Assembly (NCBI GenBank): GCA_963674855.2
Contig: CAXXST010000001.1
Location: forward strand, 458,744 to 522,743
Length of the DNA: 64,000 nt
Source: Dehalococcoidales bacterium
GTDB taxonomy: Bacteria; Chloroflexota; Dehalococcoidia; Dehalococcoidales; G020351185
Reading direction: 5' to 3'
The position numbers and the translations under genes were made by a program. Positions 10,131-19,335 of the stretch are shown piece by piece (the first letter of the stretch is position 1; the number at the start of each line of letters is the position of its first letter). The notes beneath the pieces are model-generated. The model had not been told where the DNA came from, ran no database searches, and saw only the letters and a program-made list of their open reading frames with translations.

Positions 10131-11496
10131 GTTTCTGCTTCTTCAGGCGAATGCCGTCAACAGCAGATTCCTTCTTGCGCATGACTTTCTTTTTCTTCTT
10201 CTTGGCTTTGGTATCTGGTTTGGGAGCTGTCGGCAGTATTATTTCCTCTGCAAAACGCAGCTCTTTTTTGGCAACTCTTTTAGCCGGAAGAATAAGAGAT
10301 TCCTGTTTTACGGGAGCGCTAACAGTTGCCTTGGTGGCATCAGCCTTTTTATCCTCTGCCACAGGGATAGCGGGGGTTTCTTCCTCTGTTGCCGTTATTT
10401 CGCTTACAAGCTCTTCTTCGGCGGTGGCATCTTCTTCTTCGGCAGTTTCAGCCCTTTCCTTTTCGGCATCAGAAGCGCTTTGGATATCTATACGCCAGCC
10501 GGTAAGTTTAACCGCCAGCCGGACATTCTGCCCTTCTTTGCCGATAGCCAGCGAAAGCTGCTTGTCCGGGATAACCACCGTGGCGGATTGTTCCTCTTCA
10601 TTGGTAATTACATCAGTCACCTTGGCAGGGCTGAGGGCGCTGGTTATAAAAGCGGCTATATCCTCGCTCCAGGTAACAACATCTATCTTTTCGCCACCCA
10701 ATTCGTTGACGATATTCTGTATGCGGATGCCGCGCAAGCCGACGCAACAACCAACGGGGTCAATGCCTTCCTGGCGTGCCATAACGGCTACCTTACTGCG
10801 AAAACCGGCTTCACGGGCGACAGATTTTATCTCTACGCTGCCGTTATAGACTTCGGGCACTTCAAGCTCAAATAAACGCCGCAGCAGGTTGGGGTGAGAA
10901 CGCGAAACCAGCAGCAGCGGACCCTTGGCAGACTGGGCAATTTCCAGCAGAAAAACCTTGAGCCGTTGACCAACCCGGTATCTTTCATTGGGCGCCTGTT
11001 CAGATGCCGGCATAACCGCTTCGGCGCGCCCAAGGTCTATAAATACCTGGCGTGTCTCTATGCGCCTTACCACGCCGGTAATTACCTCCCCCTCTTTATC
11101 AGCGTATTCTTCAAAAATGGCGCTGTGTTCAGCTTCGTGAAGACGCTGCAGGATAACCTGCTTGGCCGTCTGGGCGGCAATGCGCCCGGCATTGTGCGGT
11201 GTATCCTCTATGAGAATAAGGTCCTCAAGGCTGGCTTCGGCGTTGGTTTTTTTAGCATTGGCAAGCGATACTTCGGTTTGGGGGTCTGTAACCTTTTTGA
11301 CCACTGTTTTTTCTACCCATACCGTTACGCTTCCGTTGGAAGGGTCTATCTTGACGGATAGATTCTGCTCTGGATTAAAATTATTCTTGCGGTAAGCCGA
11401 TACCAGCGCTGATTCAACAGCGCCCAGTACCACCTCTCTAGAGAGGTTTTTTTCCGCCGCCAGCTGTGTTATAGCCAGTAAGAATTCACTCTTCAT
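10087..11496 (-). CDS. nusA: transcription termination/antitermination factor NusA
   Basis: 469-aa ORF with an N-terminal RNAP-binding domain, an S1 domain and two KH domains ([20 protein letters not shown]). It ends in an unusual acidic-then-poly-Lys C-terminal tail. Confidence 0.94.
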   Translation of the reverse strand: MKSEFLLAITQLAAEKNLSREVVLGAVESALVSAYRKNNFNPEQNLSVKIDPSNGSVTVWVEKTVVKKVTDPQTEVSLANAKKTNAEASLEDLILIEDTPHNAGRIAAQTAKQVILQRLHEAEHSAIFEEYADKEGEVITGVVRRIETRQVFIDLGRAEAVMPASEQAPNERYRVGQRLKVFLLEIAQSAKGPLLLVSRSHPNLLRRLFELEVPEVYNGSVEIKSVAREAGFRSKVAVMARQEGIDPVGCCVGLRGIRIQNIVNELGGEKIDVVTWSEDIAAFITSALSPAKVTDVITNEEEQSATVVIPDKQLSLAIGKEGQNVRLAVKLTGWRIDIQSASDAEKERAETAEEEDATAEEELVSEITATEEETPAIPVAEDKKADATKATVSAPVKQESLILPAKRVAKKELRFAEEIILPTAPKPDTKAKKKKKKVMRKKESAVDGIRLKKQKRDVEIYDDDEVEFE

Positions 11497-11699
11497 TCTG
11501 GAATCAGCCCTCCAATTCCATATTACATATCCTCTTTACAACAAAAAAGCGGGAATCAAACCCACTCTAATAACACATATTCAACTTATAAGAACAATAT
11601 AACACAATAAGGGGGGTATATGCAATACCGAGAATAAAAAACAGCCGTCATCAAATTGACACTTATGCGGCATAAGCGTAACATAATGAGAATTACAAA

Positions 11700-13223
11700 A
11701 TGCTAGCCAAGGTTACAAGCTGCGCACTGGTAGGGCTGGAAGGCGCTACGGTAGAAGTAGAAGTGGACATATCCCCCGGGCTGCCGGTGTTTACTATCGT
11801 CGGTTTGCCGGATACCGCTGTTCAGGAAGCCAAGGAAAGGGTGCGGGCGGCGATAAAGAATTCCGGGTTTACATTTCCCCTGAAGCGCATAATAGTCAAC
11901 CTGGCGCCGGCAGATCTTAAAAAAGCCGGACCTTCCTATGATTTACCCATTGCCGTCGGTATACTGATAAGCTCTGAACAGCTTGCGGCTGATGTCTCCG
12001 GGACGCTTCTAATGGGCGAACTTTCGCTGGACGGAAGTTTACGCCATACCAACGGCATATTGCCGATGGTAGCGTTGGCGCATCAGAAGGGCATAGAAAA
12101 TATAATCGTGCCGCAGAGCGATACCCGTGAGGCTTCCCTGGTTGAAGGCGCCGGAATTATACCTTTTGAATCGCTGGCGCAGCTGGCAGCATATCTGCGC
12201 GGCGAAATAGAAGCCCCCGAATGTAAAACAGATTTAGCAGATATTGAAAAAACCATTTCTGCAAAGCCGGAGGTGGAACTGGCGCATGTAAAGGGGCAAG
12301 AACATGTAAAGCGCGCTTTGGAGGTGGCGGCAACCGGAGGGCACAATGTTATAATGTGCGGTCCGCCCGGCAGCGGCAAGACGATGCTGGCGCGTTCCCT
12401 GCCGGGAATACTGCCGCCGATGACCAACGAGGAATCATTGGAAGTAACCAAGATATACAGCGTCACCGGTTTGCTGCCGCCGGATACACCGCTTATAAAA
12501 AGAAGGACGTTCCGCGCGCCGCATTATACAATCTCTAATGCGGGGCTGGTGGGCGGCGGGCATTGGCCCAGACCGGGTGAAATCAGCCTTAGCCATCGTG
12601 GGGTATTGTTTCTTGATGAGCTGCCGGAGTTTGGTCATGCACTGCTTGAAATATTGCGCCAGCCGATGGAAGACAAAATGGTTACCATCAGCCGGGCGCG
12701 TGGCAGCCTTACCTTTCCTTCAAACTTTATGCTGGTGGGGGCGATGAATCCCTGCCCCTGCGGTTACTACGGAGACCCTTTTCGCCAGTGCAGTTGCCAG
12801 CCCAGCATGGTATCACGTTACCAGAAGCGCATAAGCGGGCCGTTTTTGGACAGGGTGGATATATTTATTGAAGTGCCGCATATTGACTATGAAAAGCTAT
12901 CTGATGACAGGCTGGGTGAATCATCAGAAAAAGTGCAACAGAGGGTCGCTGCTGCCCGTTTGCTCCAGCAAAAACGGTTTGAGGGCACTAAACTGGCTTC
13001 AAATAACGAAATGACACCGCTTGAAGTCCGGGAATACTGCCAGACGGAAGAAGATGCCAAGGGGCTGCTAAAGGCAGCTATGAAACAGCTTTATCTTTCC
13101 GCGCGTGCTTTTCACCGCATATTGAAACTGGCGCGCAGCATCGCAGACCTGGAAAATAGTGATATAATAAAAGCAGGGCATATCGCCGAAGCCATCCAGT
13201 ACAGGCCAAGGCGAACGCAGTAA
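11700..13223 (+). CDS. comM: YifB/ComM family Mg-chelatase-like AAA ATPase
   Basis: 507-aa ORF with a Lon-like N-terminal domain, Walker A GPPGSGKT, Walker B VLFLDE and a C-terminal Cys cluster CPCGYYGDPFRQCSC. Confidence 0.92.
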   Translation: MLAKVTSCALVGLEGATVEVEVDISPGLPVFTIVGLPDTAVQEAKERVRAAIKNSGFTFPLKRIIVNLAPADLKKAGPSYDLPIAVGILISSEQLAADVSGTLLMGELSLDGSLRHTNGILPMVALAHQKGIENIIVPQSDTREASLVEGAGIIPFESLAQLAAYLRGEIEAPECKTDLADIEKTISAKPEVELAHVKGQEHVKRALEVAATGGHNVIMCGPPGSGKTMLARSLPGILPPMTNEESLEVTKIYSVTGLLPPDTPLIKRRTFRAPHYTISNAGLVGGGHWPRPGEISLSHRGVLFLDELPEFGHALLEILRQPMEDKMVTISRARGSLTFPSNFMLVGAMNPCPCGYYGDPFRQCSCQPSMVSRYQKRISGPFLDRVDIFIEVPHIDYEKLSDDRLGESSEKVQQRVAAARLLQQKRFEGTKLASNNEMTPLEVREYCQTEEDAKGLLKAAMKQLYLSARAFHRILKLARSIADLENSDIIKAGHIAEAIQYRPRRTQ

Positions 13224-13261
13224 CAGAAAAAGGAACGAAAAGGAAGAATCAGGGGAAGAAA

Positions 13262-13978
13262 ATGGATGAGAAGGGTAAGAAAAACGGTTACCGAACATTA
13301 AAGCGGATGAGGAAAAACCTGCTAGCCGGCATGCTGGTGGTTGTGCCGCTTGTACTTGCCGTCTGGATTTTATGGTGGGTATTTTCAAGCGTGGACAACA
13401 TGCTGCAGCCGTTGATAGAAGCGATAACCGGCAGTGAAATCCAGGGGCTTGGTTTTGCCATATTCCTGGTGCTCATATATATAACCGGCGTGGTTGCCAG
13501 TAACTTCCTGGGTAGAAAAATAATCAACTTTATGGAGGCGTTGCTTAGAAGGGTGCCGGTTTTCCGACAAATTTATACTGGCGCCAAGCAGGTGGTGGAG
13601 GGGCTTTCTGGGACTGGGATGAATAAAGCGGCATTCAGGGAAGTTGTTTTCGTGGAGTTCCCCAGGCCGGGGATGACTACTATCGCCTTTGTTACCAATG
13701 TAATAACAGACAGGCAAGGCACTAAATACTATGGACTATATGTGCCGACGGCGCCGATACCAACATCAGGCTATTTTGAGGTTGCCACCGAAGAACAGGT
13801 CATTCACACAAGTATAACAATAGACGAGGGCATAAAGATTGTTGTTTCCAGCGGTATGATACTGCCGGACAAGGTAGCTACCGGCAAACTGGAAGTAGAG
13901 GGAGAGCCTGAACATCTGGCAGATGCCTTTACATCACTGGGAAAGCCAGAAAATAAAACCCATAACAAGCATGGCTAG
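13262..13978 (+). CDS. DUF502 family membrane protein
   Basis: 238-aa ORF with two N-terminal TM helices and the conserved P.F..IY / PTAP.PTSGY pattern typical of DUF502. Confidence 0.75.
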   Translation: MDEKGKKNGYRTLKRMRKNLLAGMLVVVPLVLAVWILWWVFSSVDNMLQPLIEAITGSEIQGLGFAIFLVLIYITGVVASNFLGRKIINFMEALLRRVPVFRQIYTGAKQVVEGLSGTGMNKAAFREVVFVEFPRPGMTTIAFVTNVITDRQGTKYYGLYVPTAPIPTSGYFEVATEEQVIHTSITIDEGIKIVVSSGMILPDKVATGKLEVEGEPEHLADAFTSLGKPENKTHNKHG

Positions 13979-14278
13979 CCCAACGATAACAGTTATAAAA
14001 CCGCCTGTCTTCAAGCCAACTGGTTCGGGCACTTCGGGTGATTGCTGCATATATTCACGGACATCATGGCGTCCGGCGATAGCCTTGTAATAACCTTCCC
14101 TTTCTTTCCTGCCCCAGAACAGGGCGCCTATTCCAAGCAGAATGAAAAGACCGCCAAGCCCCATTACTATAAAAAGATCTGTATTCGGCATATGTATATT
14201 ACCCCAAAGCGGGTTGTTTCCAGGAAAAAAGTATACCTGTTCCCGGCACTGCTTGCAAGAAAGGATTGTAATCCCCAT
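13934..14278 (-). CDS. hypothetical small membrane protein
   Basis: 114-aa ORF with two predicted TM segments. The start is uncertain (an internal Met at about 14191 is possible). It overlaps the DUF502 3' end convergently by 45 nt. Confidence 0.4.
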   Translation of the reverse strand: MGITILSCKQCREQVYFFPGNNPLWGNIHMPNTDLFIVMGLGGLFILLGIGALFWGRKEREGYYKAIAGRHDVREYMQQSPEVPEPVGLKTGGFITVIVGLAMLVMGFIFWLSQ

Positions 14279-14310
14279 GCAGACAGCGCCGGAAGGTATT
14301 TAATTATAAA

Positions 14311-14790
14311 CTAGCTGATTTCAGCGGTGGCGCCGGCGGCTTCAAGCTTGGCTTTGGCGGCGGCGGCATCATCTTTGCTGACGGCTTCTTTGACCATCTT
14401 GGGAGCGGCTTCAACCAGGTCTTTTGATTCCTTCAGTCCAAGAGCGGTAAGCTCACGCACTGCCCTGATTACATTGATTTTGTTAGCGCCGACATCTTTA
14501 AGGGTAACGTTGAATTCTGTCTTTTCCTCTTCTTCAGCGGCAGGTGCGCCACCAGCAGGAGCTGCCGCGGCTGCCATAACCGGTGCGGCGGCGCTGACGC
14601 CAAACTCTTCCTCAAGGGCTTTTACAAGCTGGGAAAGATCCAGGACGGTCATATTTTTGACTTTGTCTATAATCTCCTGTGCCGAAGCCGTTACGTCAGC
14701 GGATTCTTTCTTGGCGGCTTTCTTGGCTTTGGGTTTTTCCTCGGCGGCTTTAGCCGGGGCTGCTTCTTCTGTTTTTTCTTCTTCAGTCAT
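14311..14790 (-). CDS. rplL: 50S ribosomal protein L7/L12 with N-terminal Lys/Ala/Glu-rich extension
   Basis: 159-aa ORF with a canonical L12 core ([26 protein letters not shown] ... [24 protein letters not shown]). The ATG abuts the rplJ stop, and GGAGG lies 10 nt upstream. Confidence 0.93.
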   Translation of the reverse strand: MTEEEKTEEAAPAKAAEEKPKAKKAAKKESADVTASAQEIIDKVKNMTVLDLSQLVKALEEEFGVSAAAPVMAAAAAPAGGAPAAEEEEKTEFNVTLKDVGANKINVIRAVRELTALGLKESKDLVEAAPKMVKEAVSKDDAAAAKAKLEAAGATAEIS

Positions 14791-15315
14791 TTAATTTTCC
14801 TCCAATTGTTTTATTCTGGCTTGCAGTATTCCGTTAAAATCCCTCAAGGGGTTGGCAAGGCAGTTAACTAATCCGGTAATGGGTGCCTGCATACCGGCGA
14901 GAACCTGGGCTATAAGAATTTCTCTTGGTGGTATCGTCGCCAGTGATTTAACATCTTCCTGGCTGAGCAGTTGTTTACCCAGAAAACCGCCAAAAATGCT
15001 CAGTGTCGTATCGGAAGAGTCAATATAGCTTGTCAGCGTTTTTGCCGGCTGGGTAATCTCGTCATGGCAAAAGGCAATCGCCACCGTGCCGTTAAAAGCA
15101 TCTGCCAGGAAATCCTTGCCGGCTTCTTCAGCGGCAAAACGGGCAAGTGTGTTTTTAACCACCCTGTATTCAATGCCAAGCTGGCGCAACTTATTACGCA
15201 GCGTTGTCAGCTCTGCATTGGAAAGCCCTTTATAGCTGGTAAGAATACCGCTGTCATTTTCCGAAAGAGCCTCTTTAAGCTCTGCGACAATCTGTTTTTT
15301 CTGCTCTCTGTTCAA
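14791..15315 (-). CDS. rplJ: 50S ribosomal protein L10
   Basis: 174-aa ORF of the L10 family, immediately upstream of rplL. It has a TTG start preceded by AAGGGAGGTG. Confidence 0.93.
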   Translation of the reverse strand: MNREQKKQIVAELKEALSENDSGILTSYKGLSNAELTTLRNKLRQLGIEYRVVKNTLARFAAEEAGKDFLADAFNGTVAIAFCHDEITQPAKTLTSYIDSSDTTLSIFGGFLGKQLLSQEDVKSLATIPPREILIAQVLAGMQAPITGLVNCLANPLRDFNGILQARIKQLEEN

Positions 15316-15484
15316 TAATCACCTCCCTTTTGTTTATTATAAAAAGACCCCTGCGCCAAGAGGTGCAGGGGCTTGAAAACCAGTGGTTTAAGCTCCTCTA
15401 TCCTCGGCAGGTATATATTAAGCCGTGAGACGGCACCCGCTGTCTGTGGACGAGACAGGCAAATATTATTCGTTTGTTAAAACT
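15316..15484 (-). promoter_or_regulatory. candidate L10 (rplJL) leader with attenuator/terminator-like hairpin
   Basis: This 169-nt rplA-rplJ spacer contains stems CTGTCT/AGACAG and GCCGT/ACGGC. A GC-rich hairpin CCCCTGCaCC-TCTT-GGcGCAGGGG follows, then TCTTTTTAT (plus-strand coordinates about 15341..15374). Confidence 0.45.
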
Positions 15485-16198
15485 TTATGCAGCGCTAAGG
15501 CTAAGTGCCGCTCTCATGTCCAGCTTGATGGCAGGAGACATGGTAGTGGTTAGATAGGCGCTTTTTATATACTGACCCTTGGCGCTTACGGGTTTTGCCT
15601 TCATAATGGCGTCAACAACCGCCGTCAGGTTTGCTGTTAGCTTATCGGCTTCAAAACTTATTTTGCCAATCGGCAGGTGGATTATTGCCGTGCGGTCAAG
15701 CTTGAATTCAACGCGTCCTTTGCGGGCGTCCTCTATAACACGCGGCAGGTCACCTGCCGGAACAACAGTGCCGGCTTTAGGGTTGGGCATAAGACCTTTG
15801 CGTCCCAGCACTTTGCCCAGCTTGCCGACCTTGCCCATCATTTCCGGTGTGGCAATGGCGGTGTCAAACTCCAGCCAGCCGCCCTCAATCTTTTTAACCA
15901 GTTCTTCGCTGCCGACAATATCCGCGCCGGCAGTGGTGGCAATTTTTTCTGCTTCTCCCTGGGCGAAAACAAGCACACGCACCTCTTTGCCGAGGCCGTG
16001 CGGCAGGAGGGCAACACCACGCACCTGCTGGCTGGCATTGCGCGGATCTACACCCATTCGCAGGTGAAGCTCTACCGTTTCATCAAACTTGGCAGGAGGA
16101 AGCTGTTTCGCCAGTTCAACTGCCTCTTGCATGGTGTAGTCTTTGCTTTTGTCTATAATCTTGGCTGATTCCAGATAATTTTTACTGTGTTTTGTCAT
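15485..16198 (-). CDS. rplA: 50S ribosomal protein L1
   Basis: 237-aa ORF of the L1 family ([16 protein letters not shown]), in the rplK-rplA order. Confidence 0.95.
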   Translation of the reverse strand: MTKHSKNYLESAKIIDKSKDYTMQEAVELAKQLPPAKFDETVELHLRMGVDPRNASQQVRGVALLPHGLGKEVRVLVFAQGEAEKIATTAGADIVGSEELVKKIEGGWLEFDTAIATPEMMGKVGKLGKVLGRKGLMPNPKAGTVVPAGDLPRVIEDARKGRVEFKLDRTAIIHLPIGKISFEADKLTANLTAVVDAIMKAKPVSAKGQYIKSAYLTTTMSPAIKLDMRAALSLSAA

Positions 16199-16201
16199 AA
16201 T

Positions 16202-16624
16202 TTACTCTACTTTAATCCCCATACTGCGGGCGGTGCCGGCAACTGTCTTTTCCGCTCCTTCAATATCAATCGCATTAAGGTCCTGGGCTTTCTGTTCGGC
16301 TATCTGGCGCAACAGGGCGCGGGATAAAACCTTTTCCTCTTCATGACCAACAGAGCTGGCGCCTTTTTCTACACCCAGGGCTTTTTTCAGAAGGTCTGTA
16401 GTTGGCGGTGTCTTGGTAATGAACTTTAAAGACCGGTCCTGAAAGATGGTAATCTCCACCGGTATAATAGAGCCGGCGTGTTTTGAGGTGCGCTCGTTGT
16501 ATTCCTTGCAGAAAGCCATAATGTTAACGCCGTGCTGCCCCAAGGCAGTACCCACGGGCGGCGCGGGATTTGCCTGCCCGGCTGGCAATTGCAATTTAAT
16601 TATAGCCTTTATTTTCTTTGCCAC
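16202..16624 (-). CDS. rplK: 50S ribosomal protein L11
   Basis: 140-aa ORF with the L11 N-terminus [27 protein letters not shown]. Confidence 0.96.
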   Translation of the reverse strand: MAKKIKAIIKLQLPAGQANPAPPVGTALGQHGVNIMAFCKEYNERTSKHAGSIIPVEITIFQDRSLKFITKTPPTTDLLKKALGVEKGASSVGHEEEKVLSRALLRQIAEQKAQDLNAIDIEGAEKTVAGTARSMGIKVE

Positions 16625-16679
16625 ATCTATCTCCTAAACAGGTTAATTAAACCTGATATGTTATCTATAGTTAGGTTTC

Positions 16680-17234
16680 TTAGAGTTTCTCTACCTGTAA
16701 AAAGTCCAGCTCTACCGGTGTTTCACGTCCGAAAAGCGATAAAAGCACCTTCACCTTGCCCTTTTCGGCATCTATCTCATCAACAGTGCCGATAAAGTCT
16801 ATAAAGGGGCCGTCTATAACCCTTACGCTTTGCCCCTGGCGGAAACCGACTTTTACGCGCGGCGCTTCGGCTTCCATCTGCTTCATAATACGGGAAACCT
16901 CATCCTTGCCCAGTGGTATCGGTTTGTTGCCGCTGGCAACGAAGCCGGTGACGCCGGGCGTATTGCGCACTATGCTCCAGCTAAAATCGTTAAGGTTCAT
17001 CTGTACCAGGATATAACCCGGCAGTATCTTTTTGGTTACTGTGCGCCGTTGCCCGTTCTTAACCTCAATCTCTTCCTCGGTGGGGATAACAACCTCGGCG
17101 ATGTCTGCATCGGCGTCCATAGACTTTATGCGCTGCTCCAGATTTTTGCGCACACGTTCTTCATAACCAGAGTAGGTGTGAACTACAAACCAGTCCTTTT
17201 CGTTTTCAGCCATCTTTACTTCACTCATAATCAA
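16680..17234 (-). CDS. nusG: transcription termination/antitermination protein NusG
   Basis: 184-aa ORF with an NGN domain (WFVVHTYSGYE) and a KOW domain (GQSVRVIDGPF). It lies between secE and rplK. Confidence 0.95.
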   Translation of the reverse strand: MIMSEVKMAENEKDWFVVHTYSGYEERVRKNLEQRIKSMDADADIAEVVIPTEEEIEVKNGQRRTVTKKILPGYILVQMNLNDFSWSIVRNTPGVTGFVASGNKPIPLGKDEVSRIMKQMEAEAPRVKVGFRQGQSVRVIDGPFIDFIGTVDEIDAEKGKVKVLLSLFGRETPVELDFLQVEKL

Positions 17235-17240
17235 GAACTA

Positions 17241-17456
17241 TTAGCCGCCGATAATCAGGTTATCCACGATAAAGGAAAAACCGTAGTCAATACCTCCCAG
17301 TATAGCTCCTACCGTAACGGCGACCAGTAGTACCAGTCCCGTAAGGCGCAATACCTCATCAGGCCATTTAAGCCAGGTTACCTTTTTCAGCTCGGCAATA
17401 ATATCACCGAAAAAGTTAGACTTGGTTTCCTTCTTTTTAGCAGCCTGGTTAGACAT
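17241..17456 (-). CDS. secE: preprotein translocase subunit SecE
   Basis: The track ORF (98 aa) overlaps rpmG. An internal Met at 17456 gives a 71-aa protein with a basic N-terminus and a single C-terminal TM helix. It occupies the conserved rpmG-secE-nusG position. Confidence 0.85.
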   Translation of the reverse strand: MSNQAAKKKETKSNFFGDIIAELKKVTWLKWPDEVLRLTGLVLLVAVTVGAILGGIDYGFSFIVDNLIIGG

Positions 17457-17491
17457 AAAAGATATATTCAACAACCCGGAATAAGGGGGCG

Positions 17492-17659
17492 TTACTTTAC
17501 CTCCTTGTGGAGTCTGGTAGCGCGGCAGCGCGGACAATACTTCTTAAGCTCAAGGCGCTGCGGATCATTGCTCTTATTCTTGGCAGTAGTATATGTCCTC
17601 TCTTTGCACTCGGTGCAGGAGAGATGAATTATAATTCTTTTATCTTTACCCTTTGCCAT
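17492..17659 (-). CDS. rpmG: 50S ribosomal protein L33
   Basis: Hand-translated 55-aa ORF below the track cutoff: [55 protein letters not shown]. It is the Cys4 zinc-ribbon type and lies between tuf and secE. Confidence 0.9.
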   Translation of the reverse strand: MAKGKDKRIIIHLSCTECKERTYTTAKNKSNDPQRLELKKYCPRCRATRLHKEVK

Positions 17660-17660
17660 G

Positions 17661-18863
17661 CTATTCTAGAATCTTTGTAAAGGCTCCGGCGCCCACAGTT
17701 CTTCCCCCTTCTCTGATAGCAAAACGCAGACCCTCCTCCAGGGCTACCGGATAAAGCAGTTTTATCTTCATTTTTGTGTTGTCGCCGGGCATCACCATTT
17801 CCACGCCTTCGGGAAGCTCTATGCTGCCGGTCACATCTGTAGTCCTGATAAAGAACTGGGGTTTGTAACCGTTGAAGAACGGGGTATGGCGTCCGCCCTC
17901 TTCCTTGGTAAGCACGTAAACCTCGGCTTCGGCATAGGTATGCGGTTTAATGGAGCCGGGGGCTGCCAGTACCTGCCCGCGTTCAATATCTTCGCGCTCA
18001 ACACCGCGCAGCAGAACACCAACGGCATCGCCGGGTTCGCCGCCGTCAAGCAGTTTATGGAACATTTCAAGGCTGGTGGCAGTTACTTTTTTCGGCTCGT
18101 GGTGCAAGCCAACAATTTCAACCGTATCGCCTGGTTTTATAACGCCGCGTTCAACCCTGCCGGTCGGTACCGTGCCTCTGCCCTTGATGCTGAATACATC
18201 TTCAATAGACATAAGGAAGGGCTGGTCCTTGGGGCGGGGCGGAATGGGAACATAGCTATCGACTGCGTCCATAAGTTTAAGCACGGCGCCGCACCATTGG
18301 CAATCTCTCTTGCCGCAACCGCATTCAAGGGCTTTAAGGGCGCTCAAGCGGATAACGGGTACTTCGTCTCCGGGGAACTTGTATTTACTGAGAAGCTCTC
18401 GGACTTCCATTTCAACAAGCTCCAGAAGCTCCTCGTCTTCCATCATATCAACTTTATTAAGGGCGATTACCATAGAAGGCACCTGCACCTGGCGCGCCAG
18501 AACGACGTGTTCCCGCGTTTGCGGCATGGGGCCGTCCGGGGCGCTGACAACCAGGATAGCGCCGTCCATCTGGGCTGCGCCGGTTATCATATTTTTAACA
18601 AAGTCGGCATGTCCGGGACAATCTATATGAGCATAATGCCGTTTTTCGGTTTCATACTCAATGTGGGCGATAGCAATGGTAAGACCCCTGGCTTTTTCCT
18701 CCGGGGCGTTATCAATGCTTTCGAATGAACGGTATTCGCCGCCTATACTCTTTGAAAGCACGAAGCTTATCGCCGAAGTAAGGGTTGTCTTGCCATGGTC
18801 AACGTGACCAATGGTACCGACGTTGCAGTGTGGTTTGGTCCTTTCAAATTTCTGTTTTGCCAT
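17661..18863 (-). CDS. tuf: elongation factor Tu
   Basis: 400-aa ORF with motifs [17 protein letters not shown] and NKVD. It contains an unusual Cys4 segment, [12 protein letters not shown]. Confidence 0.97.
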   Translation of the reverse strand: MAKQKFERTKPHCNVGTIGHVDHGKTTLTSAISFVLSKSIGGEYRSFESIDNAPEEKARGLTIAIAHIEYETEKRHYAHIDCPGHADFVKNMITGAAQMDGAILVVSAPDGPMPQTREHVVLARQVQVPSMVIALNKVDMMEDEELLELVEMEVRELLSKYKFPGDEVPVIRLSALKALECGCGKRDCQWCGAVLKLMDAVDSYVPIPPRPKDQPFLMSIEDVFSIKGRGTVPTGRVERGVIKPGDTVEIVGLHHEPKKVTATSLEMFHKLLDGGEPGDAVGVLLRGVEREDIERGQVLAAPGSIKPHTYAEAEVYVLTKEEGGRHTPFFNGYKPQFFIRTTDVTGSIELPEGVEMVMPGDNTKMKIKLLYPVALEEGLRFAIREGGRTVGAGAFTKILE

Positions 18864-18883
18864 ATCAGCCTCCCTTTATTCTA

Positions 18884-18956
18884 AGCCCACAACCAGACTC
18901 GAACTGGTGACCTCGTTCTTACCAAGAACGCGCTCTACCAACTGAGCTATGTGGGC
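18884..18956 (-). tRNA. tRNA-Thr (anticodon GGT)
   Basis: The cloverleaf folds by hand: acceptor GCCCACA/TGTGGGC, D arm GCTC..GAGC, anticodon stem CGTTC/GAACG with loop TTGGTAA, T arm ACCAG-TTCGAGT-CTGGT. CCA is not encoded. Confidence 0.9.
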
Positions 18957-19030
18957 ACATTCCCGTGCTTATATTATATAGAAGAATGAAGCCGGATGTC
19001 TAGCCCTCTATATTATATACCATTAAACAA

Positions 19031-19118
19031 TGGTGGAGGGGACAGGATTCGAACCTGTGTAGCCCTTCCAGGCGGCAGATTTACAGTCTGCTCCGATTAA
19101 CCACTCCGGCACCCCTCC
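19031..19118 (-). tRNA. tRNA-Tyr (anticodon GTA), long variable arm, CCA encoded
   Basis: Acceptor GGAGGGG/CCCCTCC, anticodon stem GCAGA/TCTGC with loop CTGTAAA, a long variable arm, T arm ACAGG-TTCGAAT-CCTGT, and a 3' ACCA. Confidence 0.9.
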
Positions 19119-19144
19119 CCAACTCCATAAAAATTAGCAGGCTC

Positions 19145-19217
19145 AGCCCGAGAGGGGACTCGAACCCACTAACCTGCCGATTACAAGTCGGCTGCGCTAC
19201 CATTGCGCTACTCGGGC
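19145..19217 (-). tRNA. tRNA-Thr (anticodon TGT)
   Basis: Acceptor GCCCGAG/CTCGGGC, D arm GCGC..GCGC, anticodon stem GCCGA/TCGGC with loop CTTGTAA, and T loop TTCGAGT. The T stem has one mismatch. Confidence 0.85.
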
Positions 19218-19335
19218 ATATTGTTACAGATTAGCTGTAAAATGTCAACTTTACGGTAACAATCAGTGGTAACAATTATACGTAAAGAATGAGAGATAAG
19301 TCAACCGTAATTACGGGGGAGAGATTGACAGGGGG

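Noticed and set aside
10012-10875. Two long plus-strand ORFs (287 and 257 aa) lie inside the nusA region.
   Set aside because: They are antisense shadows of the well-supported nusA gene. Their sequence is low-complexity, Ser/Phe/Leu-rich and without recognisable motifs, and no SD or promoter context is present.
14327-14794. A 155-aa Ala/Ser-rich plus-strand ORF lies opposite rplL.
   Set aside because: It is a shadow of the Ala-rich L7/L12 coding sequence.
17886-18728. A 280-aa plus-strand ORF lies inside tuf.
   Set aside because: It is an antisense shadow of EF-Tu.
19145-19217. tRNA-Thr(TGT) has a U-C mismatch in its T stem, and tRNA-Arg(TCG) at 31729..31804 has the same feature. I considered whether these are pseudo-tRNAs.
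   Set aside because: All other stems, loop sizes and conserved T-loop and D-loop nucleotides are intact. A single mismatch is not enough to call them pseudogenes.
18884-19335. I considered the tRNA cluster as an integration site for a mobile element.
   Set aside because: I saw no integrase, no duplicated tRNA 3' fragment and no clear direct repeats. Only short local repeats are present.
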